A stretch of 64,000 nucleotides of DNA, taken from assembly GCA_951406725.2 (NCBI GenBank), contig OX597833.1, positions 71,114,001 through 71,178,000 on the forward strand, given 5' to 3'. Below the pieces are notes generated by a model. It worked only from the letters and a program-made list of their open reading frames with translations, was not told the DNA's origin and ran no database searches. Position numbers and translations under genes: made by a program. Source of the DNA: Octopus vulgaris (taxonomy: Eukaryota). Below are positions 23,851-64,000 of the stretch, piece by piece (within the stretch, counting starts at the first letter, position 1; every line of letters begins with the position of its first letter).

Positions 23851-25768
23851 CGGCTTCGATTCTAAGACAAGACCAAAGACCAGGGACGTGGCACCTTGAA
23901 TGAAACAAATTGATAGCAACATTTTCCTTTTAGGGCAAAATATGCACCTAATTCAATAAAATTATGAAGGGTAGTCTTATTACTATGCATAAAATGCAAA
24001 ATATTTTACTTTTTATAGATTAGGGAGGCTTAATTCACCCCTGCTTTTCAATCTCAGTATTTAAGCTATGCAAAGTCCTGCTGCAGTACACATGCTGCGT
24101 ACACTCCTACAACAACGTTTTCTTTACGCACTCTCAAGGCACAAGTAAACCTGCCTTCAACTTTGTTGCACACCTTTATTTTGCTTATTTTTTTTGTGTT
24201 CTGCTAGGTAAAATAATAATAATGAAATTATTGTATACAGTGCTCAGGTGCACCACAACTTGTCAGAAAGTGCATATAAAGTATATGCAGTAATGTAGAA
24301 ATGTCTGCAAAGCGAACAATGTATGAGTAAGATACATGCTTGTGTGTGTATGGAGGGGAGAAAATCAGGTGTAGTGTTGGCGAATCTCAGGAAGCATGGA
24401 AGTGTTGAAGGATGCAGTGCTCCGACAACTAACAACTGATGCCGGCAGTTTGTTCACCAACTGCCTACCCTGAGTAATTACTGACAGTATATGCCTGCCA
24501 AAGACTCTTCCTAACAAGAAACCACTTTGCAATTCTCTATCTTACACTTAGAGCAGTTTTTACCATTCTGCAGCCTTCCTCCTCCCCTCCCCAACTTTAT
24601 GTTTTAACTTTATTTCTATAGGGGCAGGCATGGCTGTGTGGTAAGAAGTTTACTTCACAACCACATGGTTTCAGGTTCGGTTCCACTGCATAGTACCAGA
24701 GGTCAAGTGTCTTCCATTGTAACCTCAGGCTGACCAAAGCCTTGAGAGTGGATTTTGTAGATGGAAACTGAAAGAAGCCTATGGTATCTATGCGCACGCG
24801 TGTGTGTGCATGTGCATACATGTGTGTGTATGTGAGTGTGTGCATGCGTGTGTGAGTGTGTGTGTGACTGTGTTTATCTCGCACCTCTGCTCAACAGGAA
24901 TGTGCTTATGTCCTTGTGACTTTGCCATTCAGCAAAAGAGACCGATAGAATAAGTACCAGGCATATAAAAGACATGAATATTGGTGTCGATTCATTCAAC
25001 CTAAAGAGTTCGCCAAGGCAGTGCCCCAGCATGGTCGCAATTTAATGACTGAAACAAGTAAAGGCCAAAAAAAGATAAAAGACACACAGACATCCCCATA
25101 CTGGTGGCACATAAAAAGACCATTTGAATATGGTCGATGCCAGCCCCCTCTGGCCCCTGTGCCAGTGGCACATAAAAAGCACCCACTACACTCTCGGAGT
25201 GGTTGGCATTAGGAAGGGCATCCAGCTGTAGAAACACTGCCAGATCAGATTGGAGCCTGGTGCAGCCTCCTGGTTTGCCAGATCCCAGTTGAACCATCCA
25301 ACCCTTACCAGCATGGAAAAGGGACGTTAAACGATGATGATGATGATGATGATATATGATGGGCTTCTTTCAGTTTCCTTCCACCAAACCCACTCACAAG
25401 TTTCGGGTCACCTGAGGTGATATTAGAAGACACTTGCCCAAGGTGTCACACAGTGGAACTGAACCCGGAACCATGTGGTTGGGAAGCAAGCTTCTTACCA
25501 CACAGCATCATTGATTATTTTTCTTTTTTCATTTTGTCACCTAATTAAGTTTGTAATTTTAATTAATTAAAAGTATCCTGTGTTATTAAGTTAAGTTCTT
25601 TAGTTGCCTGTTTTATTAATATAAGGATTAGTTAAACAGTTAAGAAGTGTGTAATAGTTTAGGAATTTGATGAGGAAACAGATTATGGGGGGTACATATG
25701 GATGTGTGTGTGTGTGGTGGAGTTTGCATGGGTTAGTGTGTGCGTGTGGGGGGAGGCAGAGGATGTTA

Positions 25769-26311
25769 TTAAAACCCTTTCGTTACTGTATTTCTGTTGA
25801 GATGCTCCGTGTTTCTTTCAATTACCTAAAATATAAGAAAGAATTTAGTAAAATAACTTGGTTATCGTTAAGCTAGTGTTAGGAACATAAATTGTGACTA
25901 AGGTTTGGTGGAAGATTTTAATTCAAAACTTATGAAAACAAGACATTTGTACTCAGAACCAGTTTCAGTTAGGTTGATAACGAAAGGGTTAATTTGCAGA
26001 TTTTGTTTCACACAGTTGTTTGACTTGTTAGAAATAGCAGCCAAATCTTGTGCAAATTGAAGACACATTTGACTGACTGTCTTTAACCCTTTCGTTACCA
26101 TATTTCTGTTGAGATGTTCTGTGTTTCTTTCAATTACTTTAAACATAACAAAGAATTTAGTAAAATAACTTCGTTATCATTCAGCTAGTGTTAGGAACAT
26201 AAATTGTGACTAAGGTTTGGGGGAAGATTTTAATTCAGAACTTATGAAAACAAGACATTTGTACTACTGAGCCAGAGCCCATTTCAGCCAGGTTGGCCAT
26301 GAAAGGGTTAA
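25769..26311. mobile_element. MITE-spacer-MITE composite, same unit as 1685-2309
   Basis: MITEs at 25769-25992 and 26083-26311; the 90-bp spacer 25993-26082 is nearly identical to 1905-1994. Confidence 0.85.
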
Positions 26312-27219
26312 CTAAAAGACCTAGAATACGATGTAGTTAAAATGAAGTGGGTGTGTGTGGGGATTTTATGGAGAGGCTTGGAGACAGTGAAGTGGACAGG
26401 TGGATGGAGGACTGGAGATGCAAGAAACCCGAGACAAGTGAAGTAGTGCTTCAGGTTTTCAAATTTCAGTGAGGACCGCCTCGGATGAGTCACCATCAGA
26501 GTGAGTATGGCAGAGATATATATATATATATTTTTTTTTCTCTGTCTGTCTGTTTGTCCTAGTTGAGTTAGTGGAATGTTTTAAACACTGAAAAATGGTT
26601 GAAAACAGTTTGGGAAAGCAACGCTGCTCTAAATTGTGTCATTTTAGTGATGGTGGTGGTGGTGGAATAGGCAGAGGAGGAGGAGGTGATATTTGTGGTA
26701 TTGGAGGAGGAAGAGAAAGCAATAAGATTGTTGTTATTGTTGATGTGGTGGTTGTGCAGGAAGTGATAGGTGGGGGTGCAGTCAAGTACAGTCATTTGGT
26801 TGTTGCTATTTAGCTCCCCCTCCCCCCACCCCCGTCATTCACATTTCGGTGCAAAAACACTGACAATCAAAGGGTTTGCAGCTGTAATCACCCATTTTCT
26901 CTTTACGTGTGGGATGGGGGTGGGTGGGTGGAGAAGGGTGGATATGTTTATCTAGGACTAAATTATTTAATGAGTGCTGTTTCCTTTCTTTTAAGGCCAG
27001 ATGTAAGATTGTGATTTCAGGGAAGTTTAGCTGCTACTTCTAGCACGTTCAGTGACCACATAGAGGCTCATTATTGACTCAGTGTTGTTGTTGTTGTGGG
27101 AATGGTGTTGGTGGGTGGTGTTGGTGGGTGGTGGTGGTGGTGATGATTGCACTAGAAATGTTGTTTATGGCTGTAGTGAGCTGGCACTCTCCATCTTGCT
27201 GGAAAATTACATTTATTCC

Positions 27220-27713
27220 TATTGTTATATTTCGGAATGGTCGTTTTGCCAGTTTAGCCAATAAAAACACACGCAATATATATTTGGTGTTACTTTGCTT
27301 CAGTGTTATTTATTTTTTAATCTTATTTCAGCCAGAGTTCTTTCGTCACACTCCTGTGACCTCATCAGTGGTCCTTTGTTTTCTTCTTTCTTCTTTGTGT
27401 CTATCCTTACTAACCATCAGCTAGTAAGGAGTGACACAAATACTAGCTGATGGTTAGTAAGGAGAGACACAAATAAGAAAGAAGAAAACAAAGGACCACT
27501 GATGCAGTCACAGGAGTGTGACAAAAGAACTCTGGCTGAAATAAGATTAAGATTAATGTAAAAAATAAATAACAATGAAGCAAAGTAACACCAAATATAT
27601 GGTGCGTGTGTTTTTATTGGCTAAACTGGCAAAACGACCATTCCGAAATATAACAATATCTGTTTCAACACACGATTTCACATAAAAAATCTTGCACAAC
27701 AAATAAATAAACG
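27220..27713. mobile_element. Fold-back PLE-type insertion with 12-bp TSD and hammerhead motif
   Basis: Arms 27220-27426 and 27441-27658; TSD TACATTTATTCC at 27208-27219 and 27714-27725. Confidence 0.8.
27331..27373 (-). ncRNA. Minimal type-I hammerhead-like motif
   Basis: Minus strand: GACCA-CTGATGA-G-GTCAC-AGGAGT-GTGAC-GAAA-GAAC-TC-TGG; the copy in the other arm has mutated core boxes. Confidence 0.6.
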
Positions 27714-27934
27714 TACATTTATTCCCTTTTCTATTTTCATGTCTGCAATTTGAGAGAACACACAAATTTCTAGCATGTCCAAGTAATTAGCCCCCGTATT
27801 TGCCCCGTATTTCTGCAAACATAAAAGGGCTGACAACACGATCATGTAGGAGTCCACACCACATGTTAACCTTGGGTTAATCAAAGACATACTGGAAAAC
27901 CTCATTGGGTTGCTGAGCTCCCTTATATCGGACT

Positions 27935-28934
27935 GTGTCTCTTCAAAAAGGCAATTCGTTTGCACAAAGAAAATGAACAATAGGCGCAGGAATGGCTGTG
28001 TGGTAAGTAGCTTGCTAACCAACCACATGGTTCCGGGTTCAGTCCCACTGCGTGGTACCTTGGGCAAGTGTCTTCTACTATAGCCTCGGGCCGACCAAAG
28101 CCTTGTGAGTGGATTTGGTAGACGGAAACTGAAAGAAGCCCGTTGCATATATATGCGTGTGTGTGTTTGTGTGTCTGTGTTTGTCCCCCTAGCATTGCTT
28201 GACAACCAATGCTGGTGTGTTTATGTCCCTGTTACTTAGCGGTTTGGCAAAAGAGACCGATAGAATAAGTACTGGGCTTACAAAAAAAAGAATAAGTCCC
28301 GGGGTCGAGTTGCTCGATTAAAAGCGGTGCTCCAGCATGGCTGCAGTCAAATGACTGAAACAAGTAAAAGAGTAAAAAGAGTAATATCAACAATGGAACT
28401 GATATAAGAACGGTTTTTGCTCAACTGATCATTTGGCAAGATTGAAGACACGGATGTTGTTGTGGATAAACACTGTTGCCGTTCCTTCCATGTTACCATA
28501 GCTTGGATATGGGATGCAGAGTTTGCGCACTTATTTAAACCTCTGTTTTTTTTTTCTTTTGCATGATGCCAATTAGAATATCCGTTTTTAATAAAACAAC
28601 TTGAGCAGAAGTATTAAAGTGCCGACAAGCAAAAGAAAAACAAGGCTTTCTTTGAAAGAGAATACTCTAACCATGGAAGACCAGTATACCAGCTTGACGA
28701 AAAGTCACGCCTCTGATTTCCATAAAATTTTGGATCAAACTTTGCTAGATCTGGCTGCACTGGTTGGCAGTCGACCTGTCCTAGATCATCCAATGATGGT
28801 GTCAAAGACTTTGCAAGGCCTCTCTTGAGCTGCGAAACTTCGTTTGCAATTCTCTTCTGCTTAGCATTATTAGATGAATCAGATTGGAAATTCAGCAATG
28901 ATTGCTTCAGTTCTCTTTTTCGGTAGTGATTCAT
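27935..28934 (-). mobile_element. hAT (ZMYM1/TTF-type zinc finger) transposase relic interrupted by a SINE
   Basis: QRRDFSSSWYTGLPWLEYSLSKKALFFFC...FIKNGYSNWHHA...SASHIQAM...LSKNRSYISSIVDI [SINE 27983-28383] IVHFLCANELPF. Confidence 0.75.
27983..28383 (+). mobile_element. Most abundant tRNA-headed SINE family (CORE-like CCTTGGGCAAGT, internal TA/TG tract, GTAAAAGA tail)
   Basis: About 400-bp copies also at ~24623-25075(+), 31889-32298(+), 33827-34228(+), 35270-35660(+), 35730-36120(-), 42405-42745(-), 43214-43599(+), 46983-47388(+), 55066-55490(+), 58370-58740(-), 59243-59770(-), 60405-60770(-), 61874-62266(-). Confidence 0.9.
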
Positions 28935-29383
28935 TATTTTGGGGCACTGATATTCACAATAATTAATTCTAAGGTATAATATCGTAGTAAGAGCAACAAT
29001 TTCTTAAAATCTATGTATTTTTAAATTAAACTCGTAAAAGATTTCAATTCAAGTAATTTTTTTTTTTTTCAATTTCTTCAAAGTTATGCTTTTTTAGTTA
29101 AACACAAAATGATTTCAGTATAAACTTTGTTCAAAGAGTAACAAAAAGTTATTCAGTGAAAGTTCTCACCTGAAAAATCCTTTCTGAATGTATATTTTGG
29201 GAAATTTCAAAACTTTTCTTTCCTTTTTCGTGAATAATAATCCTCTCTGACAAGTAGAAATAAAACGACTCTTTAATGTCCGTCTCTGTTCATAGATATA
29301 CGTGTGAAGTGATGCGTTTACTACCATAAATCTCTATAACTACAGCAACAACAACAATCACCAGCATCACTGCCGCCGTGTAA

Positions 29384-29420
<37 letters not shown>

Positions 29421-31660
29421 CATATATATATATATATTAAAGACTCCGCCGGTTACAACGACGAGGGTCCCAGCTGATACGATCAACGGAACAGCCTGCT
29501 CGTGAAATTAACATGCAAATGGCTGAGCATTCCACAGACACGTGTACCCTTAACGTAGTTCTCGGGGATAATCAGCGTGACACAGAGAGTGACAAGGCTG
29601 ACCCTTTGAAATACAAGTACAACTCATTTTTGCCAGCTGAGTGGACTGGAGCAACGTGAAATAAAGTGTCTTGCTCAAGGACACAACGCGTCGCCGGGAA
29701 TCGAACTCACAACCTTACGATCATGAGCCGAATGCCCTAACCACTAAGCCACGTGCCCTCACTCAATATATATATATATATATACAGTCCATGGAGGTCC
29801 CCCCTCTGTGAACCATTATTTATTTGTGACCCTTTATGTCCAGTGGTACACATGAGAAGCCTCAAACATGACGGGGATTATTCCCCCCCCCCACATAGCT
29901 TTATTGATTCTATTCATCATCATCATCATCGTCCGTTTTCCGCGGTAGCACAGGTTGGACGGTTCAACCGGGGTCTGGGAAGCCAGGGGCTGCACCAGGC
30001 TCCAGTCTGATCTGGCAATGTTTCTACTGCTGGATGCCCTTCCTAATGTCAACCACTCCACGAGTGTAGCGGGTGCTTTTTACGTGCCACCTGCACAGGT
30101 GCCAGGGGAGTCTGGCATCGGCCACGATTGGTTGGTGCTTTTAACGTGCCACCGGCACAGAGGCCAGTCAAGGCAGTGCTGACATCGGCCAGGCGGCGCT
30201 GGCATCTATTCATTGATAAAATAAGTACAAGTGATATAATGTCAGATCTTGTACATACTTAGACATTAATGTTTATTATAATTGTAATTATTGTAATTGG
30301 TAGACACACCCCCCTAGTTGAATACACTGCAGAAAAATATAGATCCTCACACACACACACACACACACATGCATACATACACACACACACACACACATAT
30401 GCACTCATACATGTACACATGTATATACGTACACGCATGCTAAATTAAATGCCATTACATTCACTGCGTGTATATTTGTTTTCTTTTGTGAAGGAATGTA
30501 GAGAATAGACAACTGAAGCCTTGACCCACCCCCTCCCCACGTATGTTACAAGAATCAGCTTTATCACCCCCACCCCGCCATATAGATATTCGGTGACCCC
30601 ACTTTAACGGGTTAAAGCTAAAAAGAAAAGAAAAGAAGTGGAAGGTTTCCTTTTAGAAGTCCTCAAGTGTTTCAACTTGACACCAAAACCCTCCTCTTCC
30701 TCCTCCTCCCCCTCCTCCTCTCAACTCAGATCTCTGCCATCCACACTTTTTTTCTTGTTTGTTTGTCTTAGCTTTTTAAACTTGGCTTCTGTCTTTTTTT
30801 CACATGGTTAGAATTCAAAAATTTTGACTCACACTAGCAGAACTAGATATCACGAAGGATCTCATCTTGCCAAAGCATCTATCATCTGCAGCACCAACAA
30901 ATTTGGATTTTGAAAATTTTTTTTTAAAAAAAGCCCAGAACCGACGCCAATCAAATTTTGGAAGAATCTTGAACTATTTAGTTATTTATTTATTTATTTA
31001 TTTATTTTGTTGAAGAATCTCAAGATTGCTAAGATTGTCATATTAGATAACGGTGCGATGAAGCAAAAGTATCGAGACTGGGTGGGCTACACAAGTTCTT
31101 ACATTTTGATCAAATAGATATTTATATTTGCTTAATTATTTTTATGTAAATTTTTTGCAAATGACTGAGTTTTTAGCTAGAGTTAGCCACGCCTTTGGAG
31201 AACAGCAAAGTTGCAAACAGGAGCAGCTTCAAAGCTTTTGAAAGCTCACCCTTTGAAAGCAGATCCCTGAGAAATACACAATACTGAAGGAACGGATTCA
31301 TGTAGGATATTTGCTACATTAATTGTATTCAAGAGACTCCAGGCTTCATTTTGTGAAACAAATGTTGTTGTTTATATATGTTTGTATATAAATTTATATA
31401 AAGATAAATTGTAATGTTTATGTGTAAGGTCGAAAGGAGAGCGGAAACAATTTGAAATTTAGTGGAATGTATTGAAGCTGGGATCAAGGACCTTGCTTGA
31501 AAATCCTCTGAAACTGGAAAACGAGATTGGAAAATAAGATCTTGGAGGTTCTTACTGGAGTCGAACCAAATTAGTGAAATCCAGGGGCCAAAGAAAGAGA
31601 AAAATAACAAAACAAGAAAAAAAAAAAAAAAGGGGATAAGCATTAAATTATTTAATTACC

Positions 31661-63761
<32,101 letters not shown>

Positions 63762-64000
63762 GTAGGTTCAACCTTTCTATTTTCTCGCATTGAAGCAACT
63801 TCAGAAACAATCTTATTTGGAATGGATACTAATCCAGTTTAATCCTCTTTCATCCTAGTTTTTAATTGTGCATTCATCTTTTAGTTTTTATCTTTTACTT
63901 GTTTGGTCATTAGACTGAAGCCATGCTGGAGCACTGCCTTTTAGGGTTCTAGTTGAATGAAATGATTTCAGTACTTTTTTTTTTAAAGCCTGGTACTTAT

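Noticed and set aside
27790-27935. PKVNMWCGLL motif on the minus strand resembling a Tc1/mariner-like transposase
   Set aside because: Too short and decayed to assign with confidence.

Overview
Eukaryotic, AT-rich, repeat-saturated animal DNA. The SINE, LINE and microsatellite families look like those of an octopus (coleoid cephalopod); this is recognition and inference, not a database result. Most ORFs in the six-frame track are microsatellite or repeat artefacts. Two real spliced genes lie on the + strand. (1) A complete 5-exon TRAPPC2L (8690-18803, 138 aa) whose second intron is a minor-spliceosome (U12) GT-AG intron. (2) An 11-exon type-I membrane protein (31661 to at least 63761, about 523 codons in the window) with signal peptide, Cys-rich/laminin-type EGF repeats, two F-type-lectin-like (FTP/F5-8C) domains and a TM helix; it probably continues past the window. 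The rest is SINEs, RTE/CR1/L2-like/R4-like LINE relics, Penelope-like element (PLE) relics, a solo LTR, maT/hAT/Tc1 relics, TTAA MITEs and a Helitron. The most notable observations are: (a) a 156-bp inverted copy of exon 10 plus its splice donor, inserted in an upstream intronic SINE, which could act as an editing-complementary sequence; (b) a family of fold-back insertions, two with 12-bp TSDs, that carry minimal hammerhead-ribozyme motifs near their apex; (c) a MITE-spacer-MITE composite present on both sides of TRAPPC2L.
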